64,000 nt of DNA from the NCBI GenBank assembly GCA_965225945.1, contig CBDDBZ010000036.1, positions 192,001 through 256,000 on the forward strand. The letters run 5' to 3'. Every line of letters begins with the position of its first letter. Position 1 is the stretch's first letter. Origin of the DNA: Alphaproteobacteria bacterium. Lineage in GTDB: Bacteria > Pseudomonadota > Alphaproteobacteria > GCA-2731375. A program made the translations under genes and the position numbers. Of the stretch, positions 49,921 through 64,000 are shown piece after piece. The notes beneath the pieces are model-generated. The model did not search any database. It was given only the letters and a program-made list of their open reading frames with translations, and was not told the DNA's origin.

Positions 49921-50700
49921 TCACTCGAAGGTATCCTTCGCCATCGCGGCGGCATAGTCGGGGGCTTGATCCCTCGGCGTGGTGGCGACGATGGCGAGTT
50001 CGCTGATCATGGCGCGGCGTGGCAGGCCTACGGCCATCAACACGGCCGCCGAGATGTCTTCCGGCAACATCATCAGCGCCCGCTTGGCCTCGTCGGGCGG
50101 CAGCGCGCGCAGGTCGAGGATCGGCGTGTCGACCTCGCCCGGGAACACCGTGGTGCAGCGGATGCCGTGCGGGCGCACTTCGCTCGCCAGCACGTCCATA
50201 TAGGCCCGGGCTGCGGATTTGGCGGCGCTGTAGGCGACGCCGGCCATGACGTTCGGACGGATCGCCGCCATCGAGGAGATCATCACGACGTCGCCCCGGC
50301 CCGTCTCGATCATCGCCGGCAGCAACGCCCGCGTCAGCATCGCCGGCCCCAGCGTATTGACGTCCATGACGTCGCGCCACTCCTCGGCCCCGATATGGCG
50401 CGTGCTGCGAATGTGGGAGCTGAAGCCCGCGTTGTTGATCAGGATGTCGACCGCGCCATGCCGGGCGAGCAGGCCTTCGGCGAAGCGCTCGATCACCGCC
50501 GGATCGGTCATGTCGCAGGTCTCGCCATCGGCCGTGCCGCCGCCCTCGGCGATCGCCCGGACGGTCTCCTCCAAGGGCTCGCGGCGTCGACCGCAGACGG
50601 TGACCCGGGCTCCGGCCTGGGCGAGATCGAGGGCTACCGCGCGGCCGATCCCCGAGCCGCCGCCCGTCACCAGTGCGATCCGTCCGTCGAGTGATTCCAT
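49921..50700 (-). CDS. SDR family oxidoreductase
   Basis: TGGGSGIG, INNAG, YSAAK, PGEVDTPIL. Confidence 0.92.
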   Translation of the reverse strand: MESLDGRIALVTGGGSGIGRAVALDLAQAGARVTVCGRRREPLEETVRAIAEGGGTADGETCDMTDPAVIERFAEGLLARHGAVDILINNAGFSSHIRSTRHIGAEEWRDVMDVNTLGPAMLTRALLPAMIETGRGDVVMISSMAAIRPNVMAGVAYSAAKSAARAYMDVLASEVRPHGIRCTTVFPGEVDTPILDLRALPPDEAKRALMMLPEDISAAVLMAVGLPRRAMISELAIVATTPRDQAPDYAAAMAKDTFE

Positions 50701-51269
50701 GCCTCACTATTCCCCTTCGCCGTCGAAACCCGGGCGCGCCCGGTGATGGCGAAATCCGGGCGCGCGCGGGACCATATCAAGCCGACCGGCGGCCGCCTAG
50801 GGAGACGCCGGGTTGGCTTAGTCCCCATCCACCCTCGCCATGGTGCGCCGTATCGCCACGCTCGGAAGCGCCGGATCGCCAGTGCCGACGCTTCTTCGAG
50901 GGAGCGGAGAGAGGTTCGAAATTCTCGGTGAACGGGCCGACGCCAGGGCCAAACTGGTGCTGCATTGCTCGATCGGGGGCCGCGATGTTCGCGCCACGGT
51001 CGCCGCCGAGGGAAGGTTGGGAGACCAGGTGGCACGACATGCAGGGCGGCCCGGGTGGCGACCGGCGCGCTCGAGACCGATGGCGATGGGTACAATATCG
51101 GCCGCGATGTGGCAGGATAGGCGGAACGGTGGCACGATGCGGTGATGATACGCCGTGTGGAGCGGTCACGTTTCGGCGGGGAGACGGGCGTGGGAAAACA
51201 GTCGGGCGGGGCGAGCATCGGGCGAGAGATCGATGCCTCTGGCCGTAACGCGAGGCCGGGAGTCTGACC

Positions 51270-51878
51270 ATGCCCGAGGAACGCGACCCCGTGGCGGACG
51301 AGGGCTCGAACCGACGGTTTCGGCGCTGGAATGTCCAAATTCCGATCTTCGTCGAAGCCGACGACCAGACTCACTACTGCACCGTCTACGACATCTCGCC
51401 CGGCGGTGCGCTGGTCCGACCGTTGCAGATCGGCGCCATGCCCATCGGCGCCACCGTCGTCGTCGATCTGGAACACTTCGGTCACCTCAGGGCCGAGGTC
51501 CGCCATCACACCAAGGGCGTGGTCGGGCTGCAATTCCTGCACGACGCCACGGCGGAGCAGGCGTTGTCCCGTTGGCTGATGACGACGCGGCCGGAACGCC
51601 GCCAAATTCGCTATCCTTGCAACCTCGAAGCCAAGATCGTCACCAACAACCGGGAACTGGATTGCGTCATCTTCGACCTGTCCCGCTCCGGCGCCGGCGT
51701 GCGCTCGGCCCAGGCCGATCGCCTCGTCGTGGCGAGCGAGGTGCTGCTGAAGTGGCCGGACTACGGGACGATGGCCACGGTGATCCGCCACATTGAGGAC
51801 GACATGATCGGCCTGGCGCTGCTCGACGGATACGATGGCCAACTTCCCCCCGGCGGCGCCAAGACCACGGAATCTTGA
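51270..51878 (+). CDS. Tandem PilZ-domain protein
   Basis: Two RxxxR + DxSxxG sets (RRFRR/DISPGG; RRQIR/DLSRSG). Confidence 0.85.
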   Translation: MPEERDPVADEGSNRRFRRWNVQIPIFVEADDQTHYCTVYDISPGGALVRPLQIGAMPIGATVVVDLEHFGHLRAEVRHHTKGVVGLQFLHDATAEQALSRWLMTTRPERRQIRYPCNLEAKIVTNNRELDCVIFDLSRSGAGVRSAQADRLVVASEVLLKWPDYGTMATVIRHIEDDMIGLALLDGYDGQLPPGGAKTTES

Positions 51879-53801
51879 ACCGCGCCGTGCCTTTTCGAAA
51901 CTGTTCGCCGAGAGACGAACGGAGGTTTCCCCGCATTGGACGGGGGGGTGAAAACGCCGAAGAGGGTCCCGTGTCGGCCGGACCTCGGTGGGGTGAGGGG
52001 GCGCGCATGACGACGTCATCGCCCGCTGGACGATGCGTGGGGCGCGCCAACGCGCCTACCGGGATTGCGCGACCACGCGTGGTCGACGAAGACCGGGCTC
52101 GTGGCCTCGATATCGGCCGATCGCCGGTGAGATCCGATCGATGAAATTTCCGCGCATCGAATTTTCCCGACATCGACGGATCGTCTCCATCATACTGACT
52201 GCCTTGGCAATAGTTTACGCCTTGGTGTTGACGCATCGAATTGTCGTTGAGTTATTGTATGTTTATGGCATCGATCCGATCGAAGTCGAGTTTTTCGCGA
52301 GCGACCCGAAGGTTTTGAATAATATCATGGTGACCCATGATATTTTTTACGTCGATTTCAGGAAGTATCGGCCGCCTTTTCTCGAAAAAAGCATGTCCCA
52401 TGTGGATATTTCACGACTGGCGCATAATCGAGTTACGTATATCATGGGTGGTGCGATTACTAAAATTAATATCTATTTGTCCGACGGTTGGCGATCCTAC
52501 TTGGTTGGCATGACTATTCGCCATGGTTCATATTCACGTGAGTATTCTCCAAAAGATATCGAGAAACTTTCGACAGCCGATTTGACGAATTATAACTATC
52601 AGGGGAAATTTTCCGATGTATTTTCTATAAATGAAACGATTGTACCACGAGACCAAATAGCACTCATTTCTGAAGCGATCAATGGAATTACAAAGGACAG
52701 GTTCAAGATAATTCCAGTTGTTGGGATATTCTTTATGGGCGCTATTGTAGCGCTGATATTTTTTCTTCGAAACTCTCGATTTTTTGATATTTCCGCGCCC
52801 AAGACGTCGGGGTATATGATCTCGGAGAATTGGAGATGCCGTTTGAGAGATATGTGTGGATATTTGGCGGGTTAATTATAGTAATTGTTCTACTATCTAC
52901 TGAAATTATTCAACCTTTTCCTTTACTAGAGATGATAATTATTCACAATTTCTCCCGGTGATACAACTCGGCTGTGAAGCGATTTCGGCCGGCACCTGGC
53001 CGGACCCAAATTTTTACCAGTTCCGTGGAAGCCCGATGATTAGCATTGGCACCTATGCCCTTTCGTATCCAGGAACGCTCCTGTCTTGCGGCCTGTCTCA
53101 ATTGATGTTCGGCGACCTCAATTCCGTGATCGAAATATTTGCCATATTGCACCTTTTAGCAGGCTACTACTTGACGTATCGGTGGGCCCGACTGCTTGGC
53201 ATCAACCCGGTCTTTTCCATAACCTTGGGAATATCGTTGGTTCTCTCGGGATATTTCTTCGTCGCGGGACGTTCTTGGTACTATATGTTCCCGGTTGCGC
53301 TTTGGCTTCCAGTATTATTATTGTCGGCGGAAAACTTCATACGCTCGCGCGCGGATGGCGCTGGGCAGTGCTGACCGGAGTGGCGATGGCACTGTTTTTT
53401 CATGCCGGCAACGCGCAGATGTGGTTCTATGCCATCATGGTTTGGACGATGTTGATGCTGTGTGCATTTCTTACGCGACGCGTGCTATTTTCGAAAATTC
53501 TCCAAGTCACTGGAGCCTTATTGATAGCTTTGGCTCTAATGTCTCCATTATTGCTCGCTCAGGGTTTTCACGCGAGTGGCCTTGATCGTCGCGGCGGTAT
53601 CGGAATTGACATATTTCCAAGACTTTGGGCGATGTTTTTGCCGGGAGCTCTATTTGAAACACCAGACTCTGGACTTGGAGGGAACGAGAGATATCTTGAA
53701 ATATACTTCAGTGGCGGACTGTTCGTACTGATCGGATTTCTGACATTTCTTTACAGCATTTCGAAAATCGTGAGGGTCCGATTGAGCGGCTCATATTTTT
53801 T

Positions 53802-54826
53802 GGCTTAATTCGTGAATTGTATGCATTAGTGATAGAGTGCCTGGAACGTCAGGAGGTTGGGTTATGGACGGCAAGGGTTTCCAGGTGTGGCTTTCGGCGG
53901 CGCGCGGGCTGACGCGCGCGCAGCGGCGCGAGGCGCTCGCGGTGCTGTCGGGCCGGAGCGAGGGCGAGGCATCGAAGGCCGCGATCGAGCTTGGTGTGGA
54001 CGAGGCCCGGCGCTGTCCGCACTGCGCGAGCGAAGGGGCGGTTTCGCGCGGTATGGCGCGGGGTCTGCGGCGCTACCAGTGCAAGGGCTGCGGCAGGACC
54101 TTCAACGCGCTGAGCGGTACGCCGCTGTCGGGCTTGCACCACAAGGAACGCTGGCTGTCGTTCGGGGCGTCGCTGGCGAAGGGGGAGACGGTGAAGGCGT
54201 CGGCGGCGCGCTGCGACGTGGCGGTGAGCACGGCGTTCCGCTGGCGTCACCGGTTTCTGGCGGCGGCGCGGAGCGATTCGGAGGTGCTCAAGGGGATCGT
54301 GGAAGCGGACGAGACCTACGTCCTGGAGAGCCGGAAGGGCGCGCGCGGGCTGGGGCGCAAGGCACGGCGGCGGGGCGGCAAGGCGAAGAAGCGCGGCCTC
54401 TCGCGCGAGCAGGTACCGGTTCTCATGGCGGCGGACCGGAGCGGAACGACGGTCAGCGCGGTGCTGCCCAGGGTCGATGCGGCGGCGCTCACGGCTGCCC
54501 TCGACCCGGTGGTCGCGAAGGACGCCCTGCTGGTCTCCGACGGCGGCGCGAGCTACCCACCGTGCGCCGCCGCGCTCGGGGTGAGCCACGAAGCACTCAA
54601 CCGCTCGATGGGGGAACGGGTTCGGGACGATCTGCATGTGCAGACGGTGAACAGCCGCCACAGCCGGTTGAAGGACTTCCTGCGTCCCCGCCGCGGCATC
54701 GCCACCCGCTATCTGGACAACTACCTGAGCTGGTTCCACCTCGTCGGCCTCGCCCCCGGCGCCAATGACCGAGCCTGCCTCGCCGCCGCCGTAACAAGGT
54801 GACGCATACAATTCACGAATTGAGCC
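53802..54826 (+). mobile_element. IS1595-family element, copy 2 (transposase 53864-54802)
   Basis: Same TIRs as copy 1; 8-bp TSD TATTTTTT. Confidence 0.93.
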
Positions 54827-55104
54827 TATTTTTTTACCTATCGATATTGCTTCATAGGCGGTATCCTATTTCTATTTGGCGGTGGGAATGCTGGAGTTCT
54901 CTGGGATATAATGGTAGAACTCCCGTTGTTGGAGCACTTCAATCTTCCTTTCAAATTCTTGCCTTATATTTTATACTGCTTATCCGCTGGAGGCACGCTG
55001 GTACTGCAGGCTTATCTTTCGGAGAAGGAATTAAGATTGAGGCGCAATACGACGTTTGGTGTATGTGGATTCGTATCGTCGCTTTCTTGCTTGAGTTTTT
55101 TGTT

Positions 55105-55590
55105 CGTAATTGGTTACGACCCGTTGAACGAGGATCAGGTCAGTGATTGAACGGCGATCTGGACCATAGGTGGAGACGGAATGCGAATGATGCCGGAACA
55201 TGGCGTTCGGTGGGTATTGTTGAATTGTATGCGTCACCTTGTTACGGCGGCGGCGAGGCAGGCTCGTCAATGGTTGACGACGAATGGTTTCTACGACTTC
55301 AAAACTTTTCGGTATCCTGATATGCCTGAACAGCTACGATCCGTTCTCTTCGATAAGAACGGCAATGATGAGATTCCCTCAAGGGTTATTTCTTTTGGCC
55401 CAGAGCGGTGGAGAAGCGAAAAGTTCGTATATTCTCTTCATCTCAATTTTGCGACTGTATATCGAGTTCCATCCGTAATTGGTTACGACCCGTTGATCGA
55501 GGATCAGGTCAGTGATTGAACGGCGCTGGACCATAGGTGGAAATGGAATGCGAATGATGCCAAGGAACATGGCGTTCGGTGGGTATTGTT
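55105..55590 (+). repeat. About 115-bp imperfect direct repeat (55105-55220 / 55474-55590)
   Basis: CGTAATTGGTTACGACCCGTTGA..GGTGGGTATTGTT occurs twice. Confidence 0.85.
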
Positions 55591-56276
55591 TTATCGCCCC
55601 TCGTATATCGATATTAAGGGAGATTTAAGAAGTAATTTAATTAGTATCCCCGCAGTTCCGAAGAATTTGCTACGCGATGCGCGCAGGTTTTACGATTTGG
55701 CTATCTGGATGTTTACGATCTCGGCTTTCCCAAGCCTTACGCTTTTTTCGTGGATGGTTCCAAAGACGATGTCGATGTGAGCTTGACTGGAAGTGTCTTT
55801 CGGGCGCGTTTTCGAAATCACCGTCGCCGCGTGACATGGTGTTGAATTTTCACGCCCGACCGGGCTACCGCGTTCATGCCGAAGGAAGGGAGTTGGGGCC
55901 GCGATCGGACACCGAGGGACGAATCGTGATTACGGTGCCTCCAGGCGCGGATGGTATCCGCCTCGTTTATGACGGCGGTTGGGCGCGGGGCGGACTGATT
56001 GCCTTGTTGTTGGGGGCGTTGGGCGCGGTCGTGCTCTTGGCGGCCGGCAGGCGGGAGGCAGCGGTTCGCGCCCGAGGGCGCGGCGTGTGACGGCCTGACC
56101 ACGCCACCAGCTCTGGCCGGAACGGACGAGGCGCCCGTCGACGAGCGGAGTTGGAAAGTGGTATCGTCGTCCGAGCGATCGTGGTGTCGGATTCGAGTGA
56201 GTTCCCGACCCTTCGGGCCGAGTTTGGGCGCGTCACGGCCGGTCCGGTGTGCTTGTCAAGGGCGGAGTGAGAATCG

Positions 56277-58785
56277 ATGAAGCAAGGCGCGTTGCATAGG
56301 GCTTCGTTTTTCTTGGGTGTCTTTCTGGTGACCGGCGGCACGCTCGCCCTGCAAATCGTGCAGACCCGCATTCTTTCGGTGATGACTTGGTATTATTTGG
56401 CGTTCCTGTCGATCGGGATTGCCATGCTGGGTTTGGCCACCGGTGGCCTATGGGTATATCGAAATCGACGGTCGCCGGACCAGCGGCTGTTCGCGCGGGA
56501 CATTGTCTTCTTCAGTCTCGCTTTCGCCGTCAGTTTGGTCGCCACCGCCCGAATCGAGACGCTGGTCAACCCGCTCGCGGAATCGACCATCTGGGCAATG
56601 CTCAGTTGGTTCATCTTGATGATCTGTCTCACGGTTCCCTTTTTTTCTCTGGCGTCCTGGTTAGTCTGTTCCTCACCCGAAGCCCGTACCGTGTCGGCTG
56701 GGTCTACGGCATCGATATGGCCGGTGCCGCGTTCGGTTGCTTTGCGGCGCTGCTCGTCCTCAATTTCGCGGGCGGGCCGGCGGCGCTGATTTGGATTGCC
56801 CTCGCTGTCGCTATTTCGTCGCTGCTTTTCGCTCATTATCGTGCAGAGTGGAAACAGCATTCGACGATTCTCGAGGATCTCTTTTCCGAATACCCATCAT
56901 TATTACGCTTGCTATTTCCGCGGTTCTCGGACTCATCGCGCAGGGTTACCTGACTATTGGAGTTGGCTATCCCAAGGGAACCGCGGACGCTAGTCGCGGC
57001 AACGTTTTGTTTGAAGGTTGGAATTCGTTCTCGCGGGTGGCGTTGTACGAGGAGTGGAATGCCCCACCCCGACTCTGGGGCGTCGGTCAGTCGTTCGAGG
57101 TGGAAAAAATAATGTAACACAACGCCTTACAATAATCGACGGTATGGCGGGTACCTACGGTTATGCCTTCTCTGGTGATTTGTCCGAGCTGTCGTTTTTC
57201 GACTACGACGTCTCGAGCCTCGCGTATCATCTGCCCGGAATGACCGACGGCGCGGTCGTCGGCGTCGGCGCCGGTCGCGATCTTCTCGCCGCCAAATGGT
57301 TCGGGCTGCGCAACGTCGTTGGAATCGAGCTCAATCCGCTCATTATCAAGATCCTGACGGAGCGGCGCGATCTCGCCGGCTTCAGCAATATCGACCGGCT
57401 CGAGGGCGTTCGGATCGAAGTCGACGAAGCCCGGAGCTGGCTGGCGCGAACCCGAGAGAAATTCGATATTATTCAAATGAGCCTGATCGACACCTGGGCC
57501 GCCACGGGTGCCGGCGCCTATGTGCTGTCTGAGAACCGACTTTATACACGCGAAGCCTGGGCCATCTTCCTCGAGCGATTGCGCGAATCGGGTGTGTTGA
57601 CGGTAAGCCGCTTGTATTACCCGAACTCGGCCGATCATACCGTGCGCATGACGGCTTTGGCGATGGCGGCACTCTGGGCCGTGGGCGTGCGCTCGCCGGC
57701 CAAGCATATCTTCATGGCCTCCAGCATGCCGCCTTTTTCACGGGCGTCGGCGCTTCCGGATCGGGTCGCGACCCTCGTAGTGGCGCGCCGGCCACTAGAA
57801 CCGGCCGCCATCGCGGCGTTGGAAGAGGCCTGCGCGCGGCTTGGCTTCCAAGTATTGTTGTCGCCGACCGCTCCTCCATCGGACCCGAACCTCGGTTTGA
57901 TGATCGGGTCGGAGACGCCGTTGGAGTTGGAAAGGGCGGTCGAGAAGCTGTTGCCGGTGGATGTCTCGCCACCGACCGATCGTCGCCTTTCTTCTTCAAC
58001 CAACTCCCCGTATTCAAGCTGGCGACCTTGGTAAATCTCAAGAATCAGGAGAACATGAATCGAGACCTGTACGGAAACTTGATTGCCTTGGCGACCTTTA
58101 TCTGCTGTTGGCGATTTCCATCGTCATGGTCGTGGTTTTGATCTTGGTGTCGGCATGGTCGACCACGCAGAAGGTCGCATTGAGGCTGGTGCTCGGCGGA
58201 ACGGCCTATTTTTTCCTGATCGGGACGGGCTTCATGTTCGTGGAGATCAGCTTTCTGCAGCTATGGAGCGTGTTCCTGGGGCACCCCGTCTATTCGCTTT
58301 CGATCGTACTGTTTTCACTCATTCTGTCGACCGCCGCCGGTAGTTTTTGCGTTGACCGCTATCCGCTCCGGGGTTGGAAAGCGTTTTTCGCCGTCTTTCT
58401 GCTGTTGAGCGGGTACCTCTTGTCGATGTCGTTTTGGCTACCTGATCTCTTGCTCGCATACGAGCATCTGACCCTGATCTGGCGGGCCACTATTTGTATC
58501 GTCGCGATCGCCCCATCGGGATTCGTGATGGGTTTCGCGCTGCCCACCGGAATGTCGTTGGTTGCCGCCAAGGACATGCGACCGACGCCTTGGTTCTGGG
58601 GCATCAATGGCGCCGCGGCGGTCGTGGCGTCGACGATCTCGATCGGCTTGAGCCTGACCTTCGGTATCTATGCGACGCTTGCCTGTGGCGCGGCCTGTTA
58701 TCTCGCGCTCGGCGCCAGCGCCGTTGTGCTTGGCTTCCGGCAGAAAGGCGCCGTGGGCGTCGGCGATGTCGAGCATATTACTTGA
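56277..58785 (+). pseudogene. Membrane-fused spermidine-synthase-like SAM-binding protein, multiple frameshifts
   Basis: QTRILSV..YLAFLSIGIAMLG, YGIDMAGAA, WNSFSRV, VGVGAGRD, IELNP, DEARSW, SLIDTWAA, ENRLYTREA, FLGHPVY, WFWGING in at least 5 ORF pieces. Confidence 0.8.
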
Positions 58786-59150
58786 CGTGGCAATTCAGAC
58801 AGTGATGGCACCTTTTTGGAGACGGGCGTCGTATGATTGAAGTTATCGTCCCTCCTCCTCGACCCCTCTCCATGGCTATCTCGGCGCGTCGGCTGAAGAC
58901 CGCGTATTCACTCGTCGAAGAAACAGCCACGTAAGTTTACGATACATTGATTAGTGTTGGCTAAATTGTGGATTTCGGCTATGGCCGGGAATGGGATGGC
59001 CGTCCCGTGTTCCGCTTTATTTCGGGACGGCGTGCGATGGCGCGCCTTGAAGTGCCGTGTGTCCTCGCCGCCCGGCGGGCGGCACGGGTCGAGTCCGTCG
59101 CGCTTCTGGTGTAAATCTAACGCCCGGTCGGACAAGGAGCCTCGGTGGCG

Positions 59151-60758
<1,608 letters not shown>

Positions 60759-60766
60759 GGGCCCCC

Positions 60767-62788
60767 ATGTTCGACAAGATCCTGATCGCCAATCGCGGCG
60801 AGATCGCCTGCCGGATCGCGCGCACCGCACACCGCCTCGCCATCCGCGTCGTCGCCGTCCATTCCGATATCGAGGCCCGGGCCGCCCATGTCCGGGCGGC
60901 GGACGAGGCCGTCGCCATCGGCCCCGCGCCGGTGGCGGAAAGCTACCTCCTGGCTGAGCGGATCGTCGAGGCGGCGGTGCGCTCGGGCGCCCAGGCGGTG
61001 CATCCGGGCTACGGCTTCCTCGCCGAAAACGCCGGCTTCGCGCGGGCCTGCGCGGAGGCCGGGCTCGTCTTCATAGGCCCGCCGCCCGAAGCCATCTCGG
61101 CGATGGGCGAGAAGGACGCGGCCAAACGCGCGATGCAGGCCCAGGACGTGCCCATCGTGCCTGGCTACCTGGGCGAGGATCAGGGCGACGAGACCTTGGC
61201 GCGCGAGGCGGCCGGAATCGGCTTTCCGGTCTTGATCAAGCCGATCGCCGGTGGCGGCGGCAAGGGCATGCGCGTCGTCGCCTCGGCGGAGCGGATGGCG
61301 GCGTCGCTCGAGAGCGCCCGGCGCGAGGCCAAATCCGCCTTCGGCGACGAGCGGGTGCTGCTCGAGTGCTATCTGGAACGCGCGCGCCACATCGAAATTC
61401 AGATCTTCGCCGACGCCCGAGGCAACGTCGTCCATCTCTTCGAGCGCGACTGCTCCCTCCAGCGCCGCCATCAGAAGGTGGTGGAGGAGGCGCCCGCTCC
61501 GGGCATGTCGGCGGCGCTCAGGCGGGCGATGGGCGAGACCGCGGTCACCGCCGCCCGGTCGATCGGCTATGTCGGCGCCGGCACGGTGGAGTTCATCGCC
61601 GACGTCACCGACGGGCTCCGCGAGGATGGTTACTATTTCATGGAGATGAATACGCGCCTCCAGGTCGAGCATCCGGTGACCGAGATGGTGACCGGCCAGG
61701 ATTTGGTGGAATGGCAGCTCCGCGTCGCCGCCGGCGAGCCGCTGCCGCTGGCCCAAGACGAGATTCCGCTCCAGGGCCACGCGGTCGAGGCGCGGATCTA
61801 CGCCGAGGACCCGCGGCGGAAGTTCTTTCCCTCCTCCGGCCCGCTCCGTCGCCTCGCGTTTCCGGCGGAGGGACCCAACCTCCGCCTCGACACCGGCGTC
61901 GGCGAGGGCGACGAGGTGACGATCTATTACGATCCGATGCTGGCCAAGATGATCGCCTGGGACGAGACACGCGATGGCGCGCTCCGCCATCTGCGTCGCG
62001 GCCTGGAGGCGACTCGGCTCGCCGGCGTCGCCAACAACGTGGAATTCCTCGCCGCGATCGCCGGCGATCCGGCCTTCCTCGCGGGCGATCTCGACACCGG
62101 CTTCATAGCTCGCCGCATGGGCGCGCTGTTGCCGCCGCTGGGGGAGGTGGAGGACGAGGTGCTGGCGGCGGCCGCGCTCGACCTGTTGCTCGGCCGCCGG
62201 GAAGCGGCGGAAAAGCGGGCGCGGGCCGGCGGCGACCGTCATTCCCCCTGGGCCCGGGTCGACGGCTGGCGTCTAAATGACGAGGGCCGCGACGAGGTGA
62301 TCTTCCGCGACGGCGAGCGGGAGATCGCAATTCGTGTCCGCTATCTGGCCGAAGGCGGCCATGCTCTCTCGCTGCCCGGCGGCGAAGCGGTGGTGTCGGG
62401 CCGGCGGGCGGGCGAGGGCGGGCTCGAAATCGCGCTCGACGGCCGCGCGCTGCGAGCCGAGGTCGCCTGGAACGAAGCCGAGGTGACGGTGCTGCTCGAC
62501 GGCAAGTCGCGACGCCTCGTCTGGCACGATCCGATGGCGCTCGGCGAGGTGGAGCTCGACGTCGCTGGCGGCGTCAACGCGCCGCTTCCGGGCAAGATCC
62601 TGGCGGTGCTGGTGGCGCCGGGCGCGGCCGTCGCCAAGGGCGATGCCCTGATGATCCTGGAAGCAATGAAGATGGAACACACCATCGTGGCGCCGGGCGA
62701 AGGGGTGGTCGAGCGGGTCAACGTCGAGAGCGGTCAGCAGGTCGAGGAGGGCGCGGAGCTACTCTCCTTCGAGGCGCGCGAGGACTGA
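60767..62788 (+). CDS. mccA: 3-methylcrotonyl-CoA carboxylase alpha (biotin carboxylase + BCCP) subunit
   Basis: KILIANRGEIA, HPGYGFLAEN, GGGGKGMR, ERDCSLQRRHQK, EMNTRLQVEH, EAMKME. Confidence 0.93.
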   Translation: MFDKILIANRGEIACRIARTAHRLAIRVVAVHSDIEARAAHVRAADEAVAIGPAPVAESYLLAERIVEAAVRSGAQAVHPGYGFLAENAGFARACAEAGLVFIGPPPEAISAMGEKDAAKRAMQAQDVPIVPGYLGEDQGDETLAREAAGIGFPVLIKPIAGGGGKGMRVVASAERMAASLESARREAKSAFGDERVLLECYLERARHIEIQIFADARGNVVHLFERDCSLQRRHQKVVEEAPAPGMSAALRRAMGETAVTAARSIGYVGAGTVEFIADVTDGLREDGYYFMEMNTRLQVEHPVTEMVTGQDLVEWQLRVAAGEPLPLAQDEIPLQGHAVEARIYAEDPRRKFFPSSGPLRRLAFPAEGPNLRLDTGVGEGDEVTIYYDPMLAKMIAWDETRDGALRHLRRGLEATRLAGVANNVEFLAAIAGDPAFLAGDLDTGFIARRMGALLPPLGEVEDEVLAAAALDLLLGRREAAEKRARAGGDRHSPWARVDGWRLNDEGRDEVIFRDGEREIAIRVRYLAEGGHALSLPGGEAVVSGRRAGEGGLEIALDGRALRAEVAWNEAEVTVLLDGKSRRLVWHDPMALGEVELDVAGGVNAPLPGKILAVLVAPGAAVAKGDALMILEAMKMEHTIVAPGEGVVERVNVESGQQVEEGAELLSFEARED

Positions 62789-62950
62789 CCAAGCCGGCCG
62801 CTCGCCGGTTTGCTTCCGCCATTTCGCTGCACGGTATTTCGGTGGACCCCGGGGGCGGAATTTGCTAGGGCTTGGCGCCCGGGCCCCGCGAGACGATCGT
62901 ACGAACCTAGAAAACCCTTGTTATTCAAAGCGTTGAAGGGATTTTCCGAG

Positions 62951-64000
62951 ATGGAAATCTCGCTATACAACACCGCGACGCAGCGTCGCGAAGCGTTCGA
63001 GCCGTTGGAATTGGATCACGTCCGCCTCTATGTCTGCGGGCCGACGGTCTACGACTTCGCCCATATCGGCAACGCCCGGCCGGTGGTCGTCTTCGACACT
63101 CTGGTACGCCTCTTTCGCCACCTGTACCCGCGCGTCACCTATGTCCGCAACATCACCGACATCGACGACAAGATTATCGACCGCGCGGCCGAGGAGGGTG
63201 TGGAGATCGCCGAGGTGACCGCGCGCACCACCTCGGCCTTCCACGAGGACATGGCGGCGCTCGGCACCGAGCCGCCGGATGTCGAGCCCCGCGCGACCGA
63301 CCACGTCGCTGAGATGATCGAGCTGATCGCGACCCTGATCGAGAAGGACCATGCTTACGAGGCGGAGGGCCACGTGCTGTTCCACGTGCCTTCGATGACC
63401 GACTACGGCGCCTTTTCCAGGCGCACGCCGAAGGAGTTGATCGCCGGCGCCCGCGTCGACGTCGCCCCCTACAAGCGCGACGCGATGGACTTCGTGCTCT
63501 GGAAACCGTCGCACGATCTGCAACCGAGCTGGCCGAGCCCTTGGGGCCCGGGCCGGCCCGGCTGGCACATCGAATGCTCCGCCATGTCCAAGCGTTATCT
63601 CGGTATCACCTTCGATATTCACGGTGGCGGGCTGGACCTGATCTTTCCCCATCACCAGAACGAGATCGCCCAGAGCGCCTGCGCCCATGACGGCGCAGCC
63701 CTGGCGCGGCTGTGGATGCACAACGGCTACGTCGTCGTCGAGGGCGAGAAGATGTCGAAATCCCTCGGCAACTTCTTCACCGTGCGCGATCTCCTGGGCG
63801 AGTTTCCCGGCGAGGCGATCCGCCTGGCGCTGCTGGCTACGCATTATCGCCAGCCCCTCGACTTCACCCGCGAGGGTGCCGCGCACGCCAAGCAGACACT
63901 CGATCGCTGGTACCGGGCGGCGGATACGGCCGAGGCGGCGGCCGAGCCGCCGGAGGGCGTCCTGGCGGCGCTCGCCGACGACCTCAACACGCCACGCGCG
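62951..64000 (+). CDS. cysS: Cysteinyl-tRNA synthetase (runs off window end)
   Basis: [55 protein letters not shown]. Confidence 0.97.
   Translation, partial: MEISLYNTATQRREAFEPLELDHVRLYVCGPTVYDFAHIGNARPVVVFDTLVRLFRHLYPRVTYVRNITDIDDKIIDRAAEEGVEIAEVTARTTSAFHEDMAALGTEPPDVEPRATDHVAEMIELIATLIEKDHAYEAEGHVLFHVPSMTDYGAFSRRTPKELIAGARVDVAPYKRDAMDFVLWKPSHDLQPSWPSPWGPGRPGWHIECSAMSKRYLGITFDIHGGGLDLIFPHHQNEIAQSACAHDGAALARLWMHNGYVVVEGEKMSKSLGNFFTVRDLLGEFPGEAIRLALLATHYRQPLDFTREGAAHAKQTLDRWYRAADTAEAAAEPPEGVLAALADDLNTPRA

Larger units (their letters stand above)
52141..56090 (+). pseudogene. Large polytopic membrane protein (YfhO/GT-C-like), fragmented and IS-interrupted
   Basis: Low-GC chain of hydrophobic ORF fragments (PNFYQFRGSPM, LHLLAGY, HAGNAQ, IGYDPL, C-terminal HARPGY..VPPG..TM) in shifting frames. 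Confidence 0.6.

Noticed and set aside
50700-51270. ORFs or ncRNA in the 570-bp gap between the SDR and PilZ genes
   Set aside because: ORFs are low-complexity GC frames; no convincing structure or motif seen
58925-58950. LiuR-like operator upstream of mccB
   Set aside because: Only half-sites (ACGTAA, GTTTACG) in the wrong arrangement for the palindrome

Overview
High-GC (visually about 68-70%) alphaproteobacterial chromosome segment. The taxonomic call is inferred from the ftsE-ftsX-ydcF-plsC / ZitP-like-hpt-cpdR-like gene order and from alphaproteobacterial palindromic repeats. The core backbone carries: nickel-pincer cofactor genes larC-larE-larB (no larA in the window); class II ribonucleotide reductase nrdJ preceded by a 12-bp-phased DnaA-box array; ftsEX, hpt, csaA, tRNA-Thr(UGU) and hemB; a valine-catabolism operon (acyl-CoA dehydrogenase, 3-hydroxyisobutyryl-CoA hydrolase, mmsB); a SELENBP1/methanethiol-oxidase-like gene cluster; methylcrotonyl-CoA carboxylase; and the 5' part of cysS. 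Accessory DNA interrupts it at four places: (i) a low-GC, defence-like nuclease islet with a decayed ParDE and a 55-bp inverted-repeat element (about 4.0-7.65 kb); (ii) a RAYT/REP graveyard flanked by a duplicated csaA 3' end; (iii) a 12.3-kb island inside the 5' end of mmsB packed with IS21, IS3-like and IS66 elements; and (iv) a decayed low-GC membrane-modification islet (52-58.8 kb). Several IS (two IS1595, one IS4) and two copies of a 175-bp MITE have readable target-site duplications. All family calls come from motif recognition by eye; no searches were run.
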